Part shown: positions 22,501 through 36,100 of the stretch, in pieces | How positions within the stretch are numbered: position 1 is the first letter of the stretch | Layout: every line of letters begins with the position of its first letter | Assembly (NCBI GenBank): GCA_040954595.2 | Contig: CM082581.2 | Span: forward strand, 14,189,350 to 14,253,349 | Reading direction: 5' to 3' | Source: Balanoglossus misakiensis | Taxonomy: Eukaryota > Animalia > Hemichordata | Length of the DNA: 64,000 nt | The notes under the pieces: generated by a model | Databases searched by the model: none | What the model was told of the DNA's origin: nothing | What the model saw: only the letters and a program-made list of their open reading frames with translations | Made by a program: the position numbers and the translations under genes

Positions 22501-25500
22501 GGCCAAATAAGGTTTATTTAGTGTTTGGCAGTCTAAATCTTTTCTGCTGAATAAATAGTATTTCTGAAGGTTCCAAGCAAACACGTGATATGACCTGGAT
22601 ATGGCTGTGACAGTTGGACGAGTTATCTGCTCTGAACAGTGATTGGTTGAACTTGATCGGTCCGCTTTCTTGAAACCTCCAGACGACCTCTGGTTCACCT
22701 GTCTGCCATCTTGATATTTGCAAACGACCTCTGCGATGCAATATAGAAATCGGTTCAGCAGAATCTACTTCTCTTATAATGACGCGTCTTTGAACATTGT
22801 GAAAAGCGTCGAAACCTTGAGTAATTCTAGTTTTCTCTGTGATCGATGCTGTACACGCGAACTCTTTCTGTGAATGCGGGGCTCTTTACATTTAATCGGA
22901 AAAGGTCAGGAATTCACGTGAACTCTTACCTGCGCACAGAGAAACAAATACACAATGTTGTGTCATGTTCATTTATTCTGTGAACTCGGTGAACGCTGCA
23001 GACATACACTGTCGGGATTGTTTCGAAACACGACAAAGACAAACGGGCCTGGCTTTGAAAACATCCATCACAGTGAAACTATAGCGAAAATGGCTCCATT
23101 AATCTTTCACTGGCAGGAGTAATTAGCATATTTGCTTATCAAGCACCGCTTCAGTGCTCTCCATTAGGGTACCACTTTTTTGCACGCAGCTGGTAATGAA
23201 TAAAATCAGGGGTTTAATGTATCTGAAATCTATTTAAGGGGGAAATGAGCCGGCGCTGGAGTCAAAGGGAAAACTTGTATGTCAGTGCCAATCACCTGTA
23301 ATGGCCACGGGAAGACGCGAACGAATCGAGTCACTTTGAGAAGACGTCGTGTGTAAATGTTTCGAATTAAGTACAGCTTGAAAGCGGGCAGCCATTACAA
23401 CCTGTGACATTCACGAAACCTGTAATGACTTCCTTCCTCCGAGGCATTATCGACTGAAAAAATGGAAATAGAATGAAATAACAACCTAGTTTTTTCAAAG
23501 ATCATACAGTTTAGCGCGACTAAACCGATACTGGCCGCCTAGGTTTCTCAGTCGCACTTTTCTTCTGTTTTTGGGACGAACTACTCAACATGTCAAAAAA
23601 GAGGATTTCTTTCGTGCGTGCGGTAAGCATGAGAGAAACACTTGAGAGAGAAATTACGCGGTTTCGTCATGAGACTCAGTAAGATCTCAGCAAATTTGAA
23701 ACTTGTTCTTTTGCTAATCGTGACTCAACCTCTGTGAGTTTTGAAATTCAATGGTGGACCACTGCATTCATACAATGGGGATTACTTGCCCGTCCTGTGT
23801 ATTCAATTTGTGCATCATCAGTTTTCTTCTACGCCGAGATGAAAAGGCGACACTTCGCCTTGCAAGACACTCATGGTGTAAATTCTCTCATTTCTGAATG
23901 AATATACCCATAGTGATTGCGGCCATGTTTTCGAGATAGGCAGCTTAAATTTTCAAATTAATCTGTGTTTTCCCACTGATTAAGGCACTCTTACTAGTTC
24001 ACAATAATGCTGGATAAAGCTTTGTATTCTGCAAATATGCATCTGCTCGATGTGCTTAGACATTTGCGCCAAGTGACTGCCAAGACACCCATGCTCGGCA
24101 GAAAATAGAACGAGCATTTAACCGTACGTGTTCGCCTACAGTCTTGGCGGATTGGTCAAAGTTCAACTGTCGATACATGTAGCGCACGGCTTTTTGCAAA
24201 CCACACTAACTACTACGCTGTCTCCCTTGTCAATTTAACTTCTTGCCTTCAAACCTAGATCTACGCTTTAGGCCCGTGCAAATTGATTAGGTAAGACAGC
24301 AAAAAGAGCCGAAAGATTGTCTTAGTATGAGACACGTTTTCCTTCGTACACCAGCGTCTAAAGCCTTTGTATGATCCCCACTGCATGAAGGCGGTACTAT
24401 CTTCCGACAAAGAACCACATTCGCAAAACGGCCATGTTCATGTGCCAAGGTTCCTGAACAGTCTATGATGATTTGGCACAAACGGGGCTAACGACATTCG
24501 TCGTTCTGAGTCAGTCTACCCCAGCTAAATAAGCTACAAACATACACAGAAGCCTAATTGCTCGTTAACCAGTGACAGACATGAAACCTGCATTGATTGA
24601 TTACTTTAGCATTGACAATGATTACGGACAAATATCATGAATATTGTTAAGAGATTTTGGTCAAACTTCGAGGGTTCGATGACACATACCGTTCATGCGC
24701 CATTGCTGCTTCTATAATTTGATAATGACGACAAAGACATCTTGGCAAATACGTACCGGTATGGACATATGCCATTGATGGAACTGTTATTGCAATATGA
24801 TGATTTATGCAAATTTTCTGTATAACGCCTGTTGAAAACTAGTGGCAGCTAGTATGCAACTTTATTTATAGTTTTTTCCCCTGGCAGGTAAAGTTATTGG
24901 GGTAAATCAACCCAAATTCGATGAATTCGATAATATAAAAGATAAATTCACCTCATAATTTCAAATTGACCCCGGCCTACTGGCAGGCAACTCTTTCCCC
25001 AAACAGTGACTTTTACCTCATTTACTTCGCGAATTCCATTATATGACGCTGTCAAAAGAACGCGATCGATTTTACGATATGCAGTTTGACATTCAGACAT
25101 GTCAGTAGTCGTGTTTGGAACTTCTGTGCCTTTCATGTGCCAATGTAAGTCCGGAACAAAAACACAGCAGTTGTCCAAATTTATTGAGTTGCAATCCATT
25201 CACAGAATATTAAATTTCCGCGCCGTAAACGCGTGTGTTGTTAAGCAGATTCCTCGCGTGGTGACGCCGTGGATACACAAAGGCAGTGTCATAACTAAAC
25301 AAATTATGAGTGAATGTAAAATCCTTGTGCACTATATCCACTCCGAACCATGTTGCTTTTCCCCAATATGAGAGGGAGAACTCTATGCTTTCAAAACGAC
25401 AAATCAGTTTGATTTGCTGATATCGCAGCCTGTGTGATGAAAATTCAAGGACGACGCGATGGAAATGCCAATCGGGCTAATAAAGCTCATTGTATAGGGC

Positions 25501-28500
25501 TTTAGAAAAAAATGTTCAAATTTTGCGTGCGTTCTTAGCCAATGTTTCCATATCATTGCTTATGAATAACTGCTGACGTACTGCGTCTGCAGTTATACCG
25601 TGTTTACCTACAGACCGACCGTGATGAAATATTGGATAATAAGAGATTATGGGAACAGAAAATAGTTTTAATATTGTTAATACAGTATCATGTAACCGAA
25701 TACTCTTGTTTTTTCCAAGCTCCTAGCATGTCGAAACAATCCATCATACATAATGATGTATTTCTGCAATACAGTAACATACTATCCATCTTAAACACGA
25801 AAAATCCTTTTTAAAGAGTGATAAACATCGCATTTTGTGGAATGAGAAAATCGGTGCGATTTTGTTAGCCAAATTCACGAGCTTACTGGTACATGTATTA
25901 AGGGTGAATGGCCGTCTTCTTTAATAATCAAATTGTTTAATTGAAAACGGACAACTGTCACTGAAATGCGAACTAGTTCAAGTCACCATGGCAACAGGAC
26001 AGGGAAGTGCACATTGCCCAGAAAAAAATCCCTTGCTGTCGGTATGCTCAATACATTGATCACTCGCCATTCTTGAAACCTGTCATGGAACCGTTCGCGT
26101 TCATCTCATGTACCTAGAATGGCCAATTCACGTGACGGTCGCGTTGAGATAACAACCAGGATTATGTTGGGGTTTTTTTAATTTTTAAATGTGGAGAATT
26201 ATCACCCGCATTTAGCATCTTTCCGGCAAAACAAATCTGTATTTAACGTGCAAACGATCAAGAGTTCAAAAAATCCTAAGTGTACTCGTTGATTTCAAGG
26301 TCACTGTCATTTTTGTAATGGATCCTCGAGACAGAACACTTCAGTTCGTCAATACCATCGAACTGAATAGAACTGTAGCATCACTATCTGGATGGCCGCA
26401 TTAAACGATTTAATCGTTAGTGTTCAGATTGTATTGAAAATGCCATTAGGTTGGACCACGCAGCTTCTTAGAAATCGTGATCAGTGTTTTCGCAGGGTAA
26501 ATATGTAACAAGACTGTTTATGTTATTCAAGGTGATAAGTATATTCCTACTGATAAGGGTTGAAAATTCATCTCGCGGGGTCGCAGTGGTCAGGTAAATC
26601 AGGGTTTATTTTAATCCGGGTGTCTGCAAAAGCGGTTGAAGTATATGTAAGTTGCTGTAGTGGCGTTATATTCCGAAAATAAATAATCTGTAATCGCCAT
26701 TTTCGACAGTTGATCAAAAATCACCCGAAACACTGCAGACCGTGTTTCAGAAATGCCCCCAAAACACCCCAAATTAGTTGAATGGTTGCTTGAATGTATT
26801 CAACAATCCAGGGTACACTTATTTTCCTTGAACAGCTGAAATTACCTGCCTTGGTGCACATACTCAGTACAGAAAACACGTCCCAACGGCGCCCGAAGAA
26901 ATGACGACCTGTTTAAATTGGTATCCTACTGCACATCCCTGGCGACTGAGTTTCACTTCAGTTTCAGACTCGACTCGATTATGAAGTATTTCCACGACTT
27001 AACTGTTTTACTTGCAGGCGGGCAGAGCAGGGCATATGGCGTCCGCAACTAAGGGTCGACCTTTATGTATCAGCGAAGAAGCAGGACGGGATGATAAAAA
27101 GATGCGCTTGTCAATGTTGAAATTCACGCTATTGTTACGTGGTGTTTAAATTCCGCACGTATTGCTAAACGTCATTTGTATTCCGCCTGGGCATGCCATG
27201 CTAAAATATTTGTACTTCAATTATGTGCGAATGAAAAGCCATTAAGCCTGTGGGACATGGGAAGCATTTAAAATTTTCGTATGAAAACAATTTGGTGTCC
27301 TCCAACCTGATTCTGAAAGGAGAGACACAGTGCTTTTCTAGAAATGTTGAATTTAATTTTAGGCACCAGTCAGGTTAGAAAGACACGCTGCGAACAGAGA
27401 TCTGTAAGATGTAGAAATGTAGGAAAGTGTCATTTGCTGTGTCGTTGTTGTTGTTGTTGTTGTTTTTTGCGTATGTGTGTGCACACGAGATCAAATTTCT
27501 TTCAAACAGCCACGTCATTGGCAGACTTACTGCAGTAAAGTTGCCACTCAGAGATAAAGCAGAGTTTTCGATCCTAGTTGAATAATTGTAATCCGAGGGA
27601 AGAAAAGACTAAAATGTAAGGTTCAAGTATCAACTCCCGGTGGGTTGGAATGATATATATTCTCAGCTTGATTGTTACTAAACGCAATTGACTTGAAAAA
27701 CTTTTCTTAACAAGCAAAAAGGTCAAATGCCTATCATCGAGCATCCCTGGTGCAGCGGTGTGATAATGGTGACAGGTTTGATTTCAGGAGAATCAAACAA
27801 CCGGCAAGATTCGAGGAAGAACACATAGACAAAACAGTCGCAATAATTGAATGATACATACAATCTGGTTTATGAATACATAATTCGTGTTGATAATCCA
27901 CTCATCCAAAACGTCAACTCAATTAAGTCCTGGCACGCAATCATTTGCAGATTTGAAAAAGAATACAAATTCGCGGCCAACTGTGTTTACCACATTTTGC
28001 ATTTTATGCACGTGTATTGAACCGTGGTGAGAAAACCAAAGGCCCATTTCTTAGGGTTCGGTGGATTTGCTGTGAATCATGAAATTTTTATGACACTTAA
28101 ATGTTCTGAACACTCTACACCTGTATTTGAATTCCATCACGTGGTCACGTGATGATGATTTGACCCAGTTTTTGTTCAGAAAGTCAACTTGTGAGTGTAC
28201 CTGTAGTTTGCTGTTACACCCCACGTCCTAACTATATACAAGACACGGGTTCACGTCCGAGTTACTTCAGATGAATATCAGAGGACGTAACCGATTACAG
28301 GAATCGTGTCTAATGTCCAGAGATCCGTTCACAAGAGCAAACATCGTACTCTTGAAAGTTTGTCAGCTCTTTAGCCGCCAAAATAAAGGATGGAAATGAA
28401 GTCCAATCGATTCGCGTTGACATGTGGAGATTTAGTCTCTGAGGGTGCAATGATGTAGTGGTTTTCATTTGAATGAAAACTCGCCCAATTGCCATCTGAA

Positions 28501-28953
28501 GGTCATGCATGAATTGTTAGTGCCAAAGCAAAAGTTTAGGCAGTTTCCAAATAAGATAATTCAATGAATTCAGCTAATAAATGAGCATTCTAATTATCTG
28601 CCATTGTACAAGACATGCGTGTGTGCGTGCGTGGATTTGTTAATGCCGCATGTACAGACAAGTCAAGCATGACGATCTTTGAATCTTAAAGAGCCATTGA
28701 CATTTATATGTGTCATTCCAAGTGCATTCCGTCGAAACCATAATCTCTGGTTATTTTCTGAAATGTATTAGGATGATTTGTTCTTGTGGCAGTGTTTCTG
28801 TCACTCCAACAATCACTCAACTACCGACACTGCACAGTGCAGAACAAAGCAGCTGATGTAGGGATGGAGATACGAGCTGGCTAACATAATCCCGCCAAGC
28901 CCACCTGAATGCAGGCAATAATTGCGCGTGTTAACGGTTGGCGCCTTGTCCTG

Positions 28954-30135
28954 TCAGATCGTCGTGATTCTCTCTGCTATCTCGTATGCACTATGCCGGC
29001 GAGTAAAATTAATACGATTGGTAGCGGTGGTTACACGATAGCCCTCCCTGTGCGCCGTGCAGCCTCGGTTCACACAGACTATCCCGCGCAGTATCCTGCG
29101 AAAGGCTTCACGGAAATCCCTGTTAAAGATGCTGTAGATAATTGGATTGAGGGTGGAATTGAAATAGCCCAGCCAGGTCAACGTTGCATAGAGAATGGGC
29201 GAAACGCACGACACACACAGCGAGGCTATGATATTCATGAGAAAGAACGGACTCCAGCAGATCAGAAAGGTCCCCATGATGAAGCCCAGAGTGATGGCGG
29301 CTTTGTGGTCGTTGACTTCTTGCGTCTGCGAGTACTGTGGGCCGCCGTTCTCGACCGCGGGTACCGTGATTTGGTGTGATTTGATCTGCCTGACGTGGTA
29401 TCGCACCGCGCTATAAATGTGAGCGTAGATCACTATCATCACAAGACAGGGTATGTAGAAACTGACCAGTGAAGATAAAATGGCATAGGTGGAATTCAGT
29501 TCAAGCATACAGACCATTATCCCTCCTTCAGTTGCGCTTCCCATAGTAAATATAACATCATTCTCCAAATCATCTGCCTCTGTTTTGTCTTCCACCTCCC
29601 CCGGGGTAGTCCACCCGAGCTGGATCGGTAGGAACGAAATCAACCCCGATAGCACCCACACGACCACGATCATGACCGCAGCAACTTTTTTTGTCATCCA
29701 GTTGTGGTATTTGAGCGGTCTTTTGATGTGCAAATACCTGTCCACGCTGATGGCGCAGAGATTCAGAATGGATGCGGTGGAGAACATCACATCGAAGCTC
29801 ATCCACACGTTACAAAAGGGCATGCCGAAAATCCAGTATCCCTTCAGGTCATTGAACACAGCGAACGTCATCACTAGGATGGACACCAGCAAATCGGCCA
29901 TGGCCAGCGACACCGTGAACAGATAAGTTGTCTTGTGCAATCGGCGATCCACGCAGACGGCGACGCAGACCAACACATTCCCGACGACGGAGGTCGCAAT
30001 TATGATGCTCAGAAGAAATCCTATCAGGATGCTTTCCAGAAGTGAGAACTTCGACGGGTCGCTCAGAGAGCCAGATTCGTCGGTGGACACAACAACGTTC
30101 AGGGCGACATCGACGGTGATGTTGCGGCCGTACAT
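28954..30135 (-). CDS. Dop1R1: Invertebrate D1-like dopamine receptor (Dop1-type), class A GPCR, intronless CDS, 393 aa
   Basis: Seven TM segments with GN (TM1), SLAMAD (TM2), D3.32 in SFDVMFSTAS plus DRY, TM5 SSLVSFYIP (three catechol-binding serines), DHKAA..G.IMG.FLICW.PFF..N (TM6) and TWLGYFNSTLNPIIYSIFN (TM7). DHKAA and TWLGY are typical of arthropod/invertebrate Dop1 rather than vertebrate D1. The symbol denotes likely orthology. Confidence 0.92.
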   Translation of the reverse strand: MYGRNITVDVALNVVVSTDESGSLSDPSKFSLLESILIGFLLSIIIATSVVGNVLVCVAVCVDRRLHKTTYLFTVSLAMADLLVSILVMTFAVFNDLKGYWIFGMPFCNVWMSFDVMFSTASILNLCAISVDRYLHIKRPLKYHNWMTKKVAAVMIVVVWVLSGLISFLPIQLGWTTPGEVEDKTEADDLENDVIFTMGSATEGGIMVCMLELNSTYAILSSLVSFYIPCLVMIVIYAHIYSAVRYHVRQIKSHQITVPAVENGGPQYSQTQEVNDHKAAITLGFIMGTFLICWSPFFLMNIIASLCVSCVSPILYATLTWLGYFNSTLNPIIYSIFNRDFREAFRRILRGIVCVNRGCTAHREGYRVTTATNRINFTRRHSAYEIAERITTI

Positions 30136-33100
30136 ACCTCAAAGTTGGCCGGCTCGCAATTTGCCGCGCTGTGGAAACAGCAAAGTCGTTCACTGTCACT
30201 TTTAGCAGGACTTCTCAGCCGCCAAGGCATCTGGTTGGCAACCTTGCTATCACCGAACACAAGCCAGAAAAGTCAGGGAATATATCTTTCCATCGGCGCT
30301 CACTGTGACCAGCATACTGACAGGCACCCAGACACGGAGTGTCATCGGTAATTGGCCATGCTTTATCGATTCACCAACTGGAAATTAGTACACTGAATCG
30401 GCACTCTGTGCATGTACTCACTACAAGGGCATCTGGTGTGGTGTCTCGCGCACTATTTGACTTGCAGCGGATGAAGACTACCTTCCGACCTGTGTACGTT
30501 AACACACTGAGGCTGCTTATAGTTGGTGGAGTGATAATTGTAGCATTAAAATCAGACACACTTGCCACTGTCGCTTTACTTCGCGGGCTCGCTTACGGAC
30601 GAACAATAGGCCCCAGCATGACGAGCGTGCTACTAATATAATAGCTGAGATAATACCGTTTGGTGGATTCTGATTGGTGAACCATTTACATTCATGAATA
30701 TCCATGGTTATGATATTAGTCAACGAACGCCATCAATTAGTGCCCGTAAAACGATACCTCGGGTGGTCCATATTTGCTTTTGACGCACCTTGAAAATAAC
30801 TTAAGATATGCAATACTTCTTTACGACCTGGGAGTGTCGTAAAAAAGCCGGCAATTCTGCGGGAATCAGGAGGGACCACGCAAACCCGAATGAGTTGAGA
30901 CTGGCAGCATCATTTGACATTTCAAAAACCAGCTTAAAAACTCCAGATGCGGCGGTAAGCGCTGAAATGAATGGATACCCGGCAACAGGATAAGCTTGCA
31001 AATGGCAGGCCCTTAAATAGTTCGTTACAGAACACCCCAGGCTTTACTCACATTGTCAGCTTGTGTGCTGACTTGAAAGCCTAAGAAATAAACGATGAGC
31101 CAGGGTTAAAGGTCATTTGAAGGTGAGAACCGTACAGGTGATTATTATTATCACTTTGGACGGCTGTGGGTCGTCAACGAGAAACCCAGGGACCGTGTAT
31201 TACAAGTCTCATTGATTTTTGATGTGAACTATAAAAAGCGTGAACAAGTTTGATGATTTGTACAATGGGAACTAGCGCCATGTTGGCAGTAACAAGGCTA
31301 ACTGTTTTCGTAAAAACACACTTTCAATCAGCAAATCGTGTTTATGATATCGATAAGTAAATACATTGTACTGTTACCTTCAGTGATGTAACAACGCCCG
31401 CCAAATCAAATCGGTACAACATAAGGGTCGTAAAAGTACAGCTGGCATAATTATAGAAAATCCTGTGATTTTCTCATTACATGAACGACTGACGTGATTT
31501 CAAACGGGACGGACTTGGACAGAGTGAGGAAAAAAAGAAATACAAGCGGCTTACGTTCGAACGTTGTGGGAATATCGCTTATTTGCCAATATGTACAACA
31601 CGCGAATGTGAATATGCAGGGAGATTGTTCTAAAATTGTACTGCAGAATCAAGAGCTAATCAAGATTAAGTCGATAAAAGTGGAATTTTATTGAATGTTC
31701 GCCGAATTTGCCCGACCGTATAAATGTGAATAACGATCACTTGTCAGATATGGGATAACTCCCTTCAATTCAATAAACGAACTAGCTTCGGGCAACTGTA
31801 AATTCACACTACACGCGCGAGTCTCACGCTCATGCTGCTGCCAAGCCTGAAACATATACTTGTGTAGACACTATAGTCAGCGATTTGCTCACCATGAATA
31901 TCTTGAGTACAATCTGAGACGACGGTGCACAAAAGCACCTCATAACCTTACATTTCGGCGGTACAGCCGAGGTTTGGTCTTCTTTCCATTCGAAAATATC
32001 ATTTGGTGTGACGTGGTAATTGGCAGATTAAGAAACTAATAATTTGTTTTCCTTCAAGCAAATACCCTAAACCGTCAGTAGGTTTTCATTATAAAAGGGG
32101 AACACCCGGGACGACGGTAATAGATAACACAAATGTCGGTAATTGTCACACTCGGACAGTTGATGGCAATTTTCAGATTCTCTCACCTTCGATCATACTC
32201 ACATTGATTCATTGTACTTTTCAATATGACCTCTCGTGTTGTGAAAATTTCTAAAAGAAATGTTTGTTGGCATAGTTACCGGTAAAGTCCACCATACATA
32301 GTGCAAGCGACAGCTCAGTGTGTTTAGTCCAGTGACAGCTATACCTGCAGATCAATCTACAAATATAAATGTGAGTCTGAACACGGTTCATCTAGAATCG
32401 ACGTAATAGCTTTCTAATCTGATGTAAATTATTAAACGTCAATCACAGACCCGCCACGCGTTTTGCAGGCGTCTGCCTTGGCTCAACCTTATTTCACGAT
32501 CAGTTGGTTCAAGTCAAATGACATACAGAACGGAGTAAATTATCGGGGAAAGTCGACAATTGCCTGATTCTGAATTCCCTCCACGTTACCGAAGAATACT
32601 TGATGACAGAAACAAAATGTGAAAATATAGGAGAAAAATCAAGGGAATTTCATGTATGGTAACTTGAAGTTGTTCTGCTCAATGAAACATGCCCATTGAT
32701 GTCTCGTCACATCTGAACTTTTGCATTGTACATTAGACATGAAAAATGAATACTTCAATGAAATTTTTAGTGAATACCAAAACTTGCATTATGCTTAGTA
32801 GTGTCCACACGTTATACCCATAGACCATGTACAATGTATACAGGGTCTTGGTTGAAATGACAACAACTGATCATTGAGCAAGTGAGCAGAACACAATGGC
32901 AGTGTGAGAAAGTCTGAGTTTAAGAATGCTCTTTTTTACTGAGGCGGTGGCGTTCAAAATCAATCTGAATTATACGCTAAGTAACTTGACATACGCCCTA
33001 CACGTCAAACGGCTGATAGGTGCTTTATGGCTGGCCTTAAAGAGCAAATCCAGTTCAATTTTATGATCGCATCAATTATTAATTGGGTGCGCGTTTCACC

Positions 33101-36100
33101 AGGGAAATGTTCAGCTGTAAATTTTCACAGTGCTTCGAGCGAATTCCACTACTAATACCAGACCAGTTGTCAATGAGTGACACACTCCTGGCGTTCGTTC
33201 GCCAAATGCGTATTTGCTCGACAAATCTCACCCTAATCTCTGACTGTTTGGTTTTCTATCCCAAGAACAACCCTCCAAAGGCTGATTGATGGTAACGTGG
33301 TGTACAAATGTCCGATGAACCGTGAAGAACACGTTGTGCCGATCAATCGTCATGCCAAATTAGGTCATATTTCATGAAAATATATGTTTAACTAAGTCTC
33401 AGTGAGGCTGCAATAACTCAGCTCATGGTGTACAATCACAATTGTATTTGAGTTAAATCTTTGACCGACTGAATATACTCGATTTTTCTTCGATGAGGCA
33501 AAAGTCTTCTTCGTCCAGTGAATAATACATTCTTAAAACAGGCGTGTAAGGAATAATTTTGCCTATATCTATTTGCAAAGTTACTTTCATTCGTTGCAAT
33601 TTTCGAGTGGTGAGATTATTAGATAAATGATCATGTGTTTCAATAGATTGCTTTATGAAATTCTTGTATCTCGAGCTCAGGGGCAAATTTCTGGTGCTCT
33701 GAATAATAGGAACCGAGCTCAGCTTACGCTTTGGGCTAGCTGACATATCAACGTCGCACGCCGATATTTCTCTATGGGTTCTTTGCTCTTAACACGATCC
33801 AAACAAAATGTTCATTTTGGTTTATAGCCTAATACACTATTGGCAAATCGATGCGCCATCCAGCATGCCTAAACTATCAGGACAAAACTATCTACATCCC
33901 AGGCTCATTCGCTACATCTATCGATTACTACTCGGCCTACCGTCGCCGGCCTGCAGAGTTACAACATTAATTTAATTGATAAGTTATTTCAATCAGCTAA
34001 TGAAAGTGGGACGAAATGTCTCTCTGTAATAACGTTCAGATCTATCTTTGCTTGATGGCACCGACAGATGTCGTTCTGCTCAGACTGGTATGATTCTCGT
34101 CTGATCATCCGCCGGAGCCGTGTGCCTGTAAATAATTTATGATGACACGGGACAAACGCAGAGCGACCTGCTTCGCCTAAATTGATTACTACATACGCTA
34201 TCTTGTCAGGATAGCGGCTATATTTACAACCTTTGCGGATGTCTTCTGGGATAAAGACCCATTTATCTATTGCAACATGAAAGGAGGTAGTACACCACAT
34301 TGTGCGTGGTATACGAGCTGTAAAACTCAAATTCCCTAGAGATATCTCTACTAATGTCTACATGTTTGTAAACGCACAAATCTCCTAGTGCAGTTGCGCA
34401 CGTTTATCATATCTCTTCAAGAGAAAGGAAGACAATGGGAATATTATCATAAACTATAAAGGTATAGTTACTTTATAGGCCGACGATCGTCTAGTGCGCA
34501 TGTGCGTAATTTCGTAATCTTGTGTTGTTACGACAGCACACTAACGAGTGATACGTCAGACTGTATACCATTTTTATAACCAGAGTCTCTGGTTTGGAAC
34601 ATGCGCGTCGTCCCCATTTAACATATGCACGCTAAAGGCAACTTTAAAATCTTCCGTGTTCAAAAATGTTACATCTTTAGACACAAGCCCTTTAATCACG
34701 ACACGCCCACAAAGTTGATGAGGATGAATGAACCTCTCGAGAAAATATCAAAAAAGGCCTGAGATCTCATGCAGTAGGCGAGACCAAGCAAATTCTGAGT
34801 GAACCGACAGTAAGTCCTGGTACAAAAACGAGGCATGTATTTTGCCGATATATGAAACAGACCCTAATTGAATAGTAAATGTTCAATTGGATATTGAAAC
34901 CACGGGCACAAGATTAGCACGCAAAGGATTAACATTCTGCTTGGCTAAGATTGTAGTAACGCCGGGAGGGGGTGTACTTAATTCCCTTCTTTGAAGTGGA
35001 CTAATATATAAGCACGCGGCAATACAAAAAAATCAAGTCGACGTTAAAATTATTTTTTTTTCGAACTTCATAATATATGGACACTCTTCAGTTACAACCC
35101 ACGTTATTTACAATATAGCAGACTGGTTAGGGGGGATCAAGTCAATTTTCTGCTGCCCACTCACATGTAGTTATTTGTGTAAAGTCTTCAGAAAGTGAAC
35201 ATTTGCAGTCGTTAGTGCACGATTGAGAGAGAGGGAGACCCCTGCTGATAACTATTATACATCACCGACCGTCGACACACATTCCCCCTGGTGAGACTAG
35301 GAGAAAAGGTGATTAGCAGATGGCAATAGAATGAAGCACACACGAATGTATGCTCCTAGCTGTATGTTACACTATCATTAGACGGACTGGAGTCACCTTT
35401 ACGGGTTAGCTTGCTCACGTTTGACAATCTATCATCGAGACCCGTTCACGCGGCCTGTCACGGATTGAGTTGTGAGATTGTTTGTTTGATGGTAGCTCTC
35501 GGCTGGTAGCCCATTTGCCAGTTACAAGTTTTAGGTTTTGGGGGCGAAAGTTTCTCGGCGCCTGGGGAGTCATGAGTTACTCGCGAGGGCGTGCGTAGCC
35601 AGCTGATTTCAGCATCTCTGTGCGGCGATTACGCAGCCTGTAATGCCTTACGATAACTGATATGACGGAAGTGGATGGTTGATTGTCACTGTGACATATC
35701 GGTCAGCCCGAGGGGCGACAGCGCGCACAGTTTGAGCTGGTTTGAACGACCTGCCGTTTTCATAGCCAAGCCGTAACGAGATTTCCGCAATTTTCTACCT
35801 CGTACCAATGATCTGTAATGAGGGATCTACCCGCGGGTAAAACACTTGAAAGTTGTCTGCAAAAGAATATGTTGCTCTTGGGTCGGGCTAATCAGTACAC
35901 GAAAAAACGATTTGAAGTCATTTAGCGGACGGAGGCTGCCCTCGTACAAAATCTACGCCCCATAAAAATATTTTTCATAAATACCTCGCGGCGACATTTC
36001 TCGTTTCTGAGGATTTTTATCATTTGGCTATTCCGATTATGTTGTTGATGGACTAATTAAGAGTTCATTCTGCTTAGCGATTGACTAAATTTTACGTTAC

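Noticed and set aside
28909-30205. Plus-strand ORFs of 156, 145 and 90 aa overlapping the receptor
   Set aside because: Antisense shadows of a GC-richer coding sequence with no recognisable motifs.
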